From contig CACNFA010000002.1 of NCBI GenBank assembly GCA_902619675.1, positions 11,847 to 75,846 of the forward strand: DNA of 64,000 bases, written 5' to 3'. Position numbers and translations under genes: made by a program. Under the pieces are notes generated by a model. The model was not told the origin of the DNA. It did no database searches and worked only from the letters and a program-made list of their open reading frames with translations. Shown piece by piece: positions 54,015-63,117 of this stretch. Every line of letters starts with the position of its first letter. Position 1 is the stretch's first letter. The DNA comes from an uncultured Pelagibacteraceae bacterium (GTDB lineage: Bacteria; Pseudomonadota; Alphaproteobacteria; Pelagibacterales; Pelagibacteraceae).

Positions 54015-54710
54015 ATGCTAAAAAAAAATAATTCAATTAAATTAATAAAGTATTATAACTTAATTAATTATAGTTTAATTTATAATAATAAGGCAATAAA
54101 CAGATATAAAAAAGAAAATTTTGAAATATCAGATAATAAGGTTAAAAGCTTAAATTTATTAAAAAAAACAATTAGTAGTATAAAAAATTGTGATTTAAAA
54201 AAAAATGCTACAAATATTGTATTTAGTGATGGTAATCCAAAATCAAGAATTATGCTAGTAGGTGAGGCACCCGGTGCTAATGAAGATCAAGAGGGATTGC
54301 CGTTTGTTGGTAGAGCCGGGCAACTTTTAGATAAAATGTTGTCAGCAATCAATTTAGATAGAAATAAAGTTTATATTTCTAATATTATAAACTATCGTCC
54401 TCCTGACAACAGAAGACCTACTGAGGAAGAAATAAAAAGATATTTGCCATTTATCACAAAGCATATTGAGATAATTAATCCAAAAATACTCGTATTGCTT
54501 GGTAGTACTGCTATGAACGCTATTATTGGAAGTGATGTAGTAATCTCAAAAATGAGAGGAAAATGGATTAAAAAAAAAATTGGCTCTTGCGACCTATCAG
54601 TAATAATTACCTTTCATCCTGCTTTTTTGATGAGGCAACCAGCTCAAAAAAAAATGGCTTGGATTGATTTGAAAATGATAAGAGACAAAAAAACTGACCT
54701 AAAGATTTAA
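54015..54710 (+). CDS. Uracil-DNA glycosylase, family 4
   Basis: GEAPG..ED, PFVGRAG, RPPDNR and HPAFL motifs. Confidence 0.92.
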   Translation: MLKKNNSIKLIKYYNLINYSLIYNNKAINRYKKENFEISDNKVKSLNLLKKTISSIKNCDLKKNATNIVFSDGNPKSRIMLVGEAPGANEDQEGLPFVGRAGQLLDKMLSAINLDRNKVYISNIINYRPPDNRRPTEEEIKRYLPFITKHIEIINPKILVLLGSTAMNAIIGSDVVISKMRGKWIKKKIGSCDLSVIITFHPAFLMRQPAQKKMAWIDLKMIRDKKTDLKI

Positions 54711-55304
54711 TTGAGAGAATTAATTACAGCTGGAGTTGATGAAGTTGGTAGAGGATGTATTGCTGGACCAGTAGTTTCGGCTGCAGTAATCTTAAAAAAA
54801 AATATAGATTTAAAACTTTTAAAGGATTCAAAAAAGATATCATTTAAAAATAGAGAGATAATTTCAGAGCATATTAAAAATAACTCTTATTTTGCTATAG
54901 GTACTGCTTCTGTTCAAGAAATATTGAATTTAAATATTTTACAAGCATCATTGCTTTCTATGAAAAGAGCAGTAGAAAAACTTACGATAAAACCAGGTTT
55001 GACTTTAATAGATGGAAATTTTGCACCAACTGGCTTAAATAATTGTAGAACAATTATTAATGGAGATGAAAAAATTAAGGTTATAAGCGCAGCCTCAATT
55101 ATTGCAAAGGTTTATCGAGACAGATTTATGATTAAACTATCTAAAAAATTTTCTAATTATGCTTGGGAGAGAAATTTTGGATATGGCACTAAAGCTCACC
55201 TGGAGAGTTTAAAAAAATTTGGTGTTACTTCGCATCACAGAAAAGCTTTTAAACCGGTACACAAGATATTGTCGAGTTTGGAATCTCAACCACAAGAGAA
55301 ATAA
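54711..55304 (+). CDS. rnhB: Ribonuclease HII
   Basis: GVDEVGRG, DSKK, IDGN, AASIIAKV and GYGT motifs; TTG start. Confidence 0.96.
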   Translation: MRELITAGVDEVGRGCIAGPVVSAAVILKKNIDLKLLKDSKKISFKNREIISEHIKNNSYFAIGTASVQEILNLNILQASLLSMKRAVEKLTIKPGLTLIDGNFAPTGLNNCRTIINGDEKIKVISAASIIAKVYRDRFMIKLSKKFSNYAWERNFGYGTKAHLESLKKFGVTSHHRKAFKPVHKILSSLESQPQEK

Positions 55305-55359
55305 ATTTTTTTCATTAATTAGTTTGACCCTAAATTCAATTTAAGGTTGAATCAAGAAT

Positions 55360-56433
55360 ATGTCAAAATTTTCCAACAAAATTATTAATGGAGATTGTTT
55401 AAAAGAATTAAAAAAAATTCCAGAAAAAACTTTTGACTTAGTTTTTGCCGACCCTCCTTACAATATGCAAATTGGTCAGAAATTAACTCGTCCAGACTCT
55501 AGTAAGGTTTATGGAGTTAGTGATAACTGGGACCAGTTTGAAAGTTTTAGACACTATGATGATTTCTGTAAAGCATGGTTAACGGAGTGTAAAAGAATTT
55601 TAAAAGATAATGGATCTATATGGGTGATAGGATCTTATCATAACATTTTTCGATTAGGTTATCATTTACAAAATTTAAATTATTGGTTGCTTAATGATGT
55701 AATTTGGAGAAAAAATAACCCAATGCCCAACTTCAGGGGAACAAGATTTACAAATGCTCATGAAACTTTAATTTGGGCCTCAAAAAATAAAAAATCAAAA
55801 TACACTTTTAATTATCAATCGATCAAATGTTTAAATGACGATTTGCAAATGAGATCTGACTGGATTTTGCCTATATGTAATGGAAAAGAGAGATTAAAAA
55901 AAAATGGAAAAAAAGTTCATTCGACACAAAAACCTGAAGCATTAATTCATAGAATTATACTAGCTACTACTAATAAGGGAGACACAGTTCTTGATCCTTT
56001 TTTAGGGACTGGAACTACTGCAGCTGTATCTAAAAAATTGGGAAGAAAATACTATGGAATTGAAAAAGATAAAAAATACTTTCTAGCTGCAAAACAAAGA
56101 ATTAATAAAGTTACGAAAATTGAAGATAATCACCTTGATACTATTAAAAATATTAAGTCAAAACCTAGAGTGCCTTTTGGCTCTTTGGTTGAACTAGGAA
56201 TAATAAAACCAGGAACGTCCTTATTTGATCTAAAAAGAAAAATTAACGCAAAAATAATGGCTGATGGAAGTATAAAATATAAAGAGACCGAGGGGTCAAT
56301 TCATAAAATAGCAGCAAAAATAATGGGGGCTGAGAGCTATAATGGTTGGACTTATTGGCATTATAATTTAAATGGATTGACTGTATCAATTGATAGTTTA
56401 AGGCAAAAATTTATTACAGAAAAACGAATCTAA
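55360..56433 (+). CDS. ccrM: CcrM-like orphan adenine DNA methyltransferase (beta class)
   Basis: DPPY, NPMPNFRGTRFTNAHE, HSTQKPE, DPFLGTG and the C-terminal domain (GSIH, NGWTYW); rnhB synteny. Confidence 0.93.
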   Translation: MSKFSNKIINGDCLKELKKIPEKTFDLVFADPPYNMQIGQKLTRPDSSKVYGVSDNWDQFESFRHYDDFCKAWLTECKRILKDNGSIWVIGSYHNIFRLGYHLQNLNYWLLNDVIWRKNNPMPNFRGTRFTNAHETLIWASKNKKSKYTFNYQSIKCLNDDLQMRSDWILPICNGKERLKKNGKKVHSTQKPEALIHRIILATTNKGDTVLDPFLGTGTTAAVSKKLGRKYYGIEKDKKYFLAAKQRINKVTKIEDNHLDTIKNIKSKPRVPFGSLVELGIIKPGTSLFDLKRKINAKIMADGSIKYKETEGSIHKIAAKIMGAESYNGWTYWHYNLNGLTVSIDSLRQKFITEKRI

Positions 56434-57560
56434 TTCTTATAAACTGTACCTAAATAAGAATTTATAAAACTTTTCCTTTTAATAAGAAATTTCATGAAAA
56501 AATTTCTTATTGCTTGCAAAATTGGACTTGAAAAATGAAAGGCAATAAAATTAAAATTTGATCTTTTTCTGACTATTTTAGCTCTTTTTAACCTTTCTTG
56601 AAAATAGATTTTTTGAATATCTGGACTCTCTTCTTTAACTAAATTAAACAATTCAAATGCGCTTTCAATCGATTGTCCTGCTCCTTGAGCTAAAGTAGGA
56701 AGAAAACCGTTAAATGCATCTCCAATATAAAATACTTTATTATTCGTTGAAGGAAGAATTTGAGAAGTAAAATATAGTGGCCAAGATTTTAAATCATTTT
56801 CGAACACTTTTTCAAAATTAGAGTTTTGACGAATAACTTTTTCAACTAATGATTTTATGTTGTCAGGATTATATTTTTTGTCTCTTATAATACAAATTAA
56901 ATTTAGATCTTTATTTCTGTTTACTGGATATATAACTAAGTGGCAGTTTTTTCCCATGATGATACTAATTTTTTCCTCGCTAATGTTAAGTTCTGATTTA
57001 GATTTAATTATTGTTCTAATAGCTATTGCTTTTTTAAATTTTGGTTCATTTTTTTTCTTTTCAAAAAAAGATCTGGTGTTAGAAAAAATACCATCTGCCC
57101 CAACAACTATATCAACTAAATCATTGGTATTATCATCAAATTTAATTAACACTTTTCCTTTTAATTCAGAAACTTCTTTTATTTTTTTTCCAAATCTTAA
57201 GTGTTGAGTATAGACATCATCTTTCAAAAATTCGATCAAAGTTGACCTTTGTAAAGTAGTGTATTTGATAACATCTGTATTAAATTGCGTTAAGTCTAAA
57301 TCACAGATCTTTTTATTTTTAATGTTATAAAAATCAACTCCTGTAGGATGAAATATTCTTTCATTACTTATTTTACCAAAACCAATTTCGTTTAAAATTT
57401 TTATGCTATTAGTTGATAGTTGAATTCCATAACCTTCATCAAGAGACAAACTTTCTTGTTTTTCATATAACATAAATTCATGATCTGATTTTTTTTTCAT
57501 CAGATTTGCGAGAGTTAGACCTGCTATACCAGCTCCAATTATTGCCAATTTTTTTTTCAT
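56430..57560 (-). CDS. FAD-dependent monooxygenase (class A aromatic hydroxylase-like)
   Basis: GAGIAG, GADG and IGDA..PTLAQGAG motifs. Confidence 0.82.
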   Translation of the reverse strand: MKKKLAIIGAGIAGLTLANLMKKKSDHEFMLYEKQESLSLDEGYGIQLSTNSIKILNEIGFGKISNERIFHPTGVDFYNIKNKKICDLDLTQFNTDVIKYTTLQRSTLIEFLKDDVYTQHLRFGKKIKEVSELKGKVLIKFDDNTNDLVDIVVGADGIFSNTRSFFEKKKNEPKFKKAIAIRTIIKSKSELNISEEKISIIMGKNCHLVIYPVNRNKDLNLICIIRDKKYNPDNIKSLVEKVIRQNSNFEKVFENDLKSWPLYFTSQILPSTNNKVFYIGDAFNGFLPTLAQGAGQSIESAFELFNLVKEESPDIQKIYFQERLKRAKIVRKRSNFNFIAFHFSSPILQAIRNFFMKFLIKRKSFINSYLGTVYKN

Positions 57561-58561
57561 TAAAATAAAGTTGAGACCTGTTTAAATATTTTTTTTGTAA
57601 AACTTGGAATAAATTCTTTATTCTTTCCTAAAGAGTACCAATCATAATTTGAGGGAATTTTATTAGAAAATTTATAGTATAGGTTTATGTTTAATTTTAA
57701 ATTTGAAATTGAGTTTTTATAATTTTTGAGAAATTTCCAATTATGTATTTTAGAAAAGTTTTTTGTCTCTTTTATTTCTGGTAAATTAAAATTTTTTAAA
57801 AAACTAATTTGATTATTTTTAGTCAAAGCAATTTGTTTGTTTTTGTTAATATAACAAAAAATATCATAATTTTTATTTTTAATCATTTTGCTTTTAATTT
57901 TTTTAATTTTCTTTTTAGATTTAAAATACTTACAGGTTTTATTCAAACAACACGTAAGACAAATTGGGTCTTTTGGCTTACACATTAATGCTCCAAATTC
58001 CATCAAAGCTTCGACAAAATCAGCATTACGATTTGTTGTAAAAAGTTTTTTTTTATTTTCTTCAATAAATTTATCAAAATTTATTTTATTATCGTCTATA
58101 TTTAAATTTCTAGAAAATACTCGTTTTACATTTCCATCTACTGCAATCCTAGGCTTGTTGTAAACTAAACCTAACAAAGCATTAGCTGTATAATCTCCTA
58201 CTCCTGGAAGTTTTTTTATTTCATTAATTGAGTCTGGTAGTTTAGAGTCATAATTTCTTACCAAAATTTTGGAGCATTTTAAAAGATTTTTTGCTCTTCT
58301 ATAATAACCAAGCCCCTCCCACATTTTCAATATCTCTTTTTCATTGCTTTTTGATAAGTCTTTTAGGGTTTTAAATTTTTTTGTAAAATTTTTAAAATAA
58401 GGAATAACTGTTTTTACTTGTGTTTGTTGCAACATTATCTCGCTCAAGAGTCTATAATACAGCTTTTTAGGTGACTTTTTGCCAACACGCCAAGGCAATT
58501 TCCTTTTGCTATTATCATACCAAGCTAAAATTTTTTTTGGTAAAGTTGAATTTATATGCAT
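57560..58561 (-). CDS. mutY: A/G-specific adenine glycosylase
   Basis: LPWR, SEIMLQQT, WEGLGYY, LPGVG, VDGNV and a C-x6-C-x2-C-x5-C Fe-S motif. Start probably the ATG at 58561. Confidence 0.95.
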   Translation of the reverse strand: MHINSTLPKKILAWYDNSKRKLPWRVGKKSPKKLYYRLLSEIMLQQTQVKTVIPYFKNFTKKFKTLKDLSKSNEKEILKMWEGLGYYRRAKNLLKCSKILVRNYDSKLPDSINEIKKLPGVGDYTANALLGLVYNKPRIAVDGNVKRVFSRNLNIDDNKINFDKFIEENKKKLFTTNRNADFVEALMEFGALMCKPKDPICLTCCLNKTCKYFKSKKKIKKIKSKMIKNKNYDIFCYINKNKQIALTKNNQISFLKNFNLPEIKETKNFSKIHNWKFLKNYKNSISNLKLNINLYYKFSNKIPSNYDWYSLGKNKEFIPSFTKKIFKQVSTLF

Positions 58562-59041
58562 AACAAAAATAATAATAAAAGTCAGACTTTGATACAAGGC
58601 CTTCGTCCATTTTCAAGTTCAATTCCGAAAACATTGAAAAAACATTTAAGAAAGGGCGGTTACAACTACTCCAGTATAGTTGATAACTGGACAAGAATTG
58701 TCAGTAAGAAAATATCTGACTCTTGTTATCCAGTTTCAATAAAGATAGGTAAAGAAATGAGAGAAGGTACATTAGTTCTAAGTGTAATCCATGGAAAAGA
58801 ATTAATGATTGAGTATGAAAAAAACGAGATAATTGATAAAATTAATAGTTTTTTTGGATACAACTGTATAAGTAATGTAACTGTTAAGATTACACAGAAT
58901 AAGATAAATACTAAAAATAAAACTTTACTTAAAATTAAAAATCTAGGTAAGATTGAAGAAAAAATTGAAAAAGTAAAAGATCTTCAGCTGAAAAGTTCCC
59001 TTAATAATCTTTTGAAAGCATACAGTGAAAAAAATAAATAA
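58556..59041 (+). CDS. DUF721/DciA family protein
   Basis: NWTRIV, GTLVL and IIDKINSFFGY motifs; mutY/dsbA/smc synteny. Confidence 0.8.
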   Translation: MHNKNNNKSQTLIQGLRPFSSSIPKTLKKHLRKGGYNYSSIVDNWTRIVSKKISDSCYPVSIKIGKEMREGTLVLSVIHGKELMIEYEKNEIIDKINSFFGYNCISNVTVKITQNKINTKNKTLLKIKNLGKIEEKIEKVKDLQLKSSLNNLLKAYSEKNK

Positions 59042-59618
59042 AATTTTCTATAAAACAGTATTTTTAATATTTTTAATATTTTCGGCTCAAGCGAATGACG
59101 AGATTTTAGGAATTGGAGAAGATAATGCTAAAATAGAGGTGAAAGTATTTTCCTCTCTTACTTGTCCTCATTGCGCAAACTTTCATAATGAAATTTTTAA
59201 TAATCTTAAAAAAGATTATATTGATAAAGGTTTGGTGAGATTCGAACATTATGCTTTCCCACTGGATTTAGCTGCGTTGAATGCTGAAATTATTGTAAGA
59301 TGTCATGTTGATAACAATAAAAAATTTGAACTTTTGGGTAAAATGTATGAAAAACAAAAAATTTGGGCTGTTGGATCTGATATAAACAAGATTAATGATT
59401 TAATTAAAAAAATTGGGTTAGAATTAAACTTATCGAATGATAATATGAATAAATGCTTAAATAACGAAAGTTTGCAAGACAGTATTTTAAATCAAAGAAT
59501 CGAGGCCCAAAAAAAATACAAAATTGAGTCTACCCCTACAATTTTCATAAATGAAAAAAAATATGAAGGAAAAATTGAATATAATGTTTTCAAAAAAGAA
59601 ATTGAAAAAAAAATTTAA
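59025..59618 (+). CDS. DsbA family thiol-disulfide oxidoreductase
   Basis: Signal peptide, SLTCPHCANFH, FPLD and STPT motifs; GTG start. Confidence 0.9.
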   Translation: MKKINKIFYKTVFLIFLIFSAQANDEILGIGEDNAKIEVKVFSSLTCPHCANFHNEIFNNLKKDYIDKGLVRFEHYAFPLDLAALNAEIIVRCHVDNNKKFELLGKMYEKQKIWAVGSDINKINDLIKKIGLELNLSNDNMNKCLNNESLQDSILNQRIEAQKKYKIESTPTIFINEKKYEGKIEYNVFKKEIEKKI

Positions 59619-62063
59619 ATGAAATTTAAAAATTTAGAAATGACAGGTTTTAAATCGTTTTCTGAAAAGACAACTATCATAATAGAAAAAGGTCTTACAG
59701 GTATTGTTGGCCCAAACGGTTGTGGAAAATCGAATATTGTAGAAGCACTTAGGTGGTGTATGGGAGAAAACTCTGCAAAGAGCATAAGAGGGTCTGGTAT
59801 GGAAGATGTTATTTTTTCAGGAACATCTAATAGGCCGTCGAAAAATATTTCTGAAGTTTCTTTATTATTAGATAATCAAGAGAAAACTGGCCCTTCTCAA
59901 TATAAAGACTTTGAAGAAATATCAATAAAAAGAAAAATAGAAAAAGACAAAGGATCGAAGTATTTCATTAACGACAAAGAAGTAAGAGCTAGAGATGTTC
60001 AAACTTTTTTTGCTGATCTCTCAACTGGAGCTCACTCTCCATCTTTGATTAGTCAAGGAAGGATTGGTCAACTAGTGACAGCTAAACCAATAGAAAGAAA
60101 ATCAATTCTTGAAGAAGCTGCTGGTATTTCAGGCATTCATGCTAGACGACAGGAAGCTGAAAATAGATTAAATGCTGCAGAAAATAATCTTAAAAGAGCA
60201 GATGAGTTAAAAAAACAACAACAAAAACAGCTCGATAATTTAAAAAAACAAGCTGAGGAAGCTAGTAGATACAAAGAAATATCAAGACAATTAAAAAAAA
60301 TTGAAGCAGGGTTATATTTTCTCAAAATAAGAGAGATTGAAAAAGACAAAAAACAAATTCAAGAAAAGCTTAGCGAACTAGATGATGAAATAAGTGCAGT
60401 CAATATAGATTATAATCATAATAATACATTGCTTGATGAAGAAAATAAAAAAATAACTCCTTTAAGAGATAAGAAAATGGAGAGCGCAGCTTCACTCCAA
60501 AAATTAAATTTAGATATGACTAATCTAATTGAAGAGGAGTCTAGAGTTAAATCTCTTCAGGAAAAACTAGAAAAATCTATAAAAACAATCGACTCCGACC
60601 TTGAGAGAGAAAAAAGTATATCACTCGATGCAGATCTTAATGAAAAAAGAATTTTAAGAGAAAAAGAAGATCTATTAAATACAGAAAATAAGTTAGCAGA
60701 TGTTGAGTCCAAATCATCAAAAGAGTTGCAATTATCTAAAACTGAATTAGATAAACTACAATATCAATTAGAGGCACTATTAGATCAAATTGAAGAAGAT
60801 ATTGATCGAGATGTGAAGCTATCTAAAAAAACTTTTAAAGAATTAAAAAACCTCGTAAGAAAAATTACACTTTCACAAGAGGAATATGCTGAAAAATTTG
60901 GAAAAAATAAATCTATAGAAAGTGAGTCTATCAAAAGAAAAGAAAGAATTAAGAATATTAATATTGAGTTAGAAAATTGGAGAAGTTTAAAAGTAAATTC
61001 AGAAAAAATGGTCTCTGAGTTGAATGATAGAAAAGATAAAGTTAGATTAGAATTAAACGAAAACAAAAAAAACCCTGAAAGAATAGCAACTTCCAAAGGT
61101 CAAAATCTACAAAATCTAGAAAACATAAAAAGACGAAATGAGGAAATAGAAAATGAGTTAATAGAGGCTGAAAAAAAATTTAGCTCAATAAATGAGAACT
61201 TAAGAGAGATACAATCAAGGCTTACCGACCTCAAAGAAAATAAAGCCCGAAATGAAGCTACTATTGATGGTATTGAGAATAGAAAAAAAGATTTATTATA
61301 TTCGGTAAAAAATGAATTGAGTATTGACAGTGAAACATCAATTTTACCTCAGTCAGATTTAAGTGATGTAGATTTAGAAAATTTTCCCTCTATTGAAGAA
61401 CAAACTGAAAAGATTGAAAAAACGAAAAAACAAAGAGAGTCTCTTGGTTCAGTAAATCTTAGAGCTGATGAGGAAACTAAAAAATACGAAACAGAAATTA
61501 AAAAAATGGAGGATGATAGAGCTGACCTTTATTCGGCAATTGTAAAATTAAAAACAAGCATCGAAGAACTGAATCAAAAAGGAAGAGAGCGTTTACTTGA
61601 AGCTTACACAAAAGTTAATAGAAAATTTAACGAAGTTTACACCAAACTTTTTAACGGCGGTACAGCTAAAATTGAACTAGTTGACTCTGATGACCCTCTT
61701 GAGGCAGGATTGGAAATGTTTGTTTCCCCTCCGGGCAAAAGACTTCAATCGATAACACTGTTGTCAGGTGGGGAACAAGCTCTCACTGCACTATCTCTTG
61801 TATTTGCAGTTTTTTTAGTCAATCCCTCTCCTATTTGTGTTTTAGACGAGGTTGACGCTCCTTTAGATGATGCTAATGTTACCAGATTTTGTGGATTGCT
61901 TGATGACCTAACAAAAATTACTAATACGAAGTTTATAATAATTACTCATCATGCTTTAACAATGTCCAGAATGGACAGGCTTTATGGTGTAACAATGGCT
62001 GAACAAGGAGTTAGTCAACTTGTTTCTGTTGATTTACAAAGAGCAGAAGAACTAGTTGCATAA
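59619..62063 (+). CDS. smc: Chromosome segregation protein SMC, shortened (814 aa), no recognisable hinge
   Basis: GFKSF, Walker A GPNGCGKSN, Q-loop SQG, LGSVN, LSGGE, Walker B/D-loop VLDEVDAPLD and ITH. Confidence 0.93.
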   Translation: MKFKNLEMTGFKSFSEKTTIIIEKGLTGIVGPNGCGKSNIVEALRWCMGENSAKSIRGSGMEDVIFSGTSNRPSKNISEVSLLLDNQEKTGPSQYKDFEEISIKRKIEKDKGSKYFINDKEVRARDVQTFFADLSTGAHSPSLISQGRIGQLVTAKPIERKSILEEAAGISGIHARRQEAENRLNAAENNLKRADELKKQQQKQLDNLKKQAEEASRYKEISRQLKKIEAGLYFLKIREIEKDKKQIQEKLSELDDEISAVNIDYNHNNTLLDEENKKITPLRDKKMESAASLQKLNLDMTNLIEEESRVKSLQEKLEKSIKTIDSDLEREKSISLDADLNEKRILREKEDLLNTENKLADVESKSSKELQLSKTELDKLQYQLEALLDQIEEDIDRDVKLSKKTFKELKNLVRKITLSQEEYAEKFGKNKSIESESIKRKERIKNINIELENWRSLKVNSEKMVSELNDRKDKVRLELNENKKNPERIATSKGQNLQNLENIKRRNEEIENELIEAEKKFSSINENLREIQSRLTDLKENKARNEATIDGIENRKKDLLYSVKNELSIDSETSILPQSDLSDVDLENFPSIEEQTEKIEKTKKQRESLGSVNLRADEETKKYETEIKKMEDDRADLYSAIVKLKTSIEELNQKGRERLLEAYTKVNRKFNEVYTKLFNGGTAKIELVDSDDPLEAGLEMFVSPPGKRLQSITLLSGGEQALTALSLVFAVFLVNPSPICVLDEVDAPLDDANVTRFCGLLDDLTKITNTKFIIITHHALTMSRMDRLYGVTMAEQGVSQLVSVDLQRAEELVA

Positions 62064-62070
62064 AAAAATA

Positions 62071-62358
62071 ATGACAAAGTCTGATGATTTAAAAACTCGC
62101 CTAGAAATTGCAAAATCTAAAATAAAAAAACAGTTGGATAATGATAACGAAAAACCCGGGTCCTTCATGGGTAACGCCTTTAAATTAGGCTCCGAAATGG
62201 TTGCCGCAGTGGTAGTTGGGACAATAATTGGGTTTATTTTAGATAGCTGGTTTGATACTAAACCTTGGTTAATAATAATTTTCTTTTTTTTAGGAGCTGC
62301 TGCGGGAATATTAAACGTAATAAAAGTAGCCAAGAATATGCAGAAAAAAGGAAGTTAG
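62071..62358 (+). CDS. atpI: AtpZ/AtpI family ATP synthase accessory protein
   Basis: Two TMs around GFILDSWFDTKPW; first gene of the Fo operon. Start taken as the ATG at 62071. Confidence 0.85.
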   Translation: MTKSDDLKTRLEIAKSKIKKQLDNDNEKPGSFMGNAFKLGSEMVAAVVVGTIIGFILDSWFDTKPWLIIIFFFLGAAAGILNVIKVAKNMQKKGS

Positions 62359-62367
62359 AAAGTTTAT

Positions 62368-63102
62368 ATGGCAAGCAATCCAATGCAACAGTTTACGGTT
62401 CACAGAATTGGACCTGAAATTAAAATTGCTGGTATAGATTTATCTTTTACAAACGCAAGCTTGTTCATGGTAATAAGTGCATCCATAATTCTCTTATTTT
62501 TATTTTTAGCCTCAAAAGAAAAAAAATTAATTCCAAGCAAAATTCAGTTAATTGGAGAAATGTCTTATACTTTTGTGGCAAAAATGATTAGCGATACAGC
62601 TGGCTCAAAAGCTAAACCTTATTTTCCATTTATATTCTGTTTATTTATGTTTGTTTTATTTTGTAACATGGTAGGAATGCTCCCATATTCTTTCACTGTG
62701 ACAAGCCATATAATAGTAACTTTAATTATGGCTTTATTCATATTCGTAGCTGTAACGATAATTGGTTTCATTAAGCATGGTTTTAAATATTTGAGTATTT
62801 TTATTCCTAGTGGTGTGCCGGCTGTGCTTTTACCCTTAATCACTATTATTGAAATTATCTCATATTTAAGTAGACCGGTAAGTTTATCAGTTCGTTTATT
62901 TGCAAATATGATGGCAGGTCACACAATGTTAAAGGTTTTTGGGGGATTTGTTGTTAGTTTAGGAATATTAGGTGGTTGGTTACCACTTAGTTTTTCAGTA
63001 GCACTAACAGGCTTGGAAATTTTAGTAGCGTTTTTACAAGCTTATGTTTTTGCAATTTTAACCTGCATCTATTTAAATGATGCATTAAATTTACACCATT
63101 AA
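62368..63102 (+). CDS. atpB: ATP synthase Fo subunit a
   Basis: RPVSLSVRLFANMMAGH and LQAYVF motifs. Confidence 0.98.
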   Translation: MASNPMQQFTVHRIGPEIKIAGIDLSFTNASLFMVISASIILLFLFLASKEKKLIPSKIQLIGEMSYTFVAKMISDTAGSKAKPYFPFIFCLFMFVLFCNMVGMLPYSFTVTSHIIVTLIMALFIFVAVTIIGFIKHGFKYLSIFIPSGVPAVLLPLITIIEIISYLSRPVSLSVRLFANMMAGHTMLKVFGGFVVSLGILGGWLPLSFSVALTGLEILVAFLQAYVFAILTCIYLNDALNLHH

Positions 63103-63117
63103 AATAAAGGAGGAAAA

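Noticed and set aside
55330-55344. CTAA-N7-TTAA CtrA-like box upstream of ccrM
   Set aside because: It is an imperfect match that is expected by chance in such AT-rich DNA, and there is no evidence here for CtrA.
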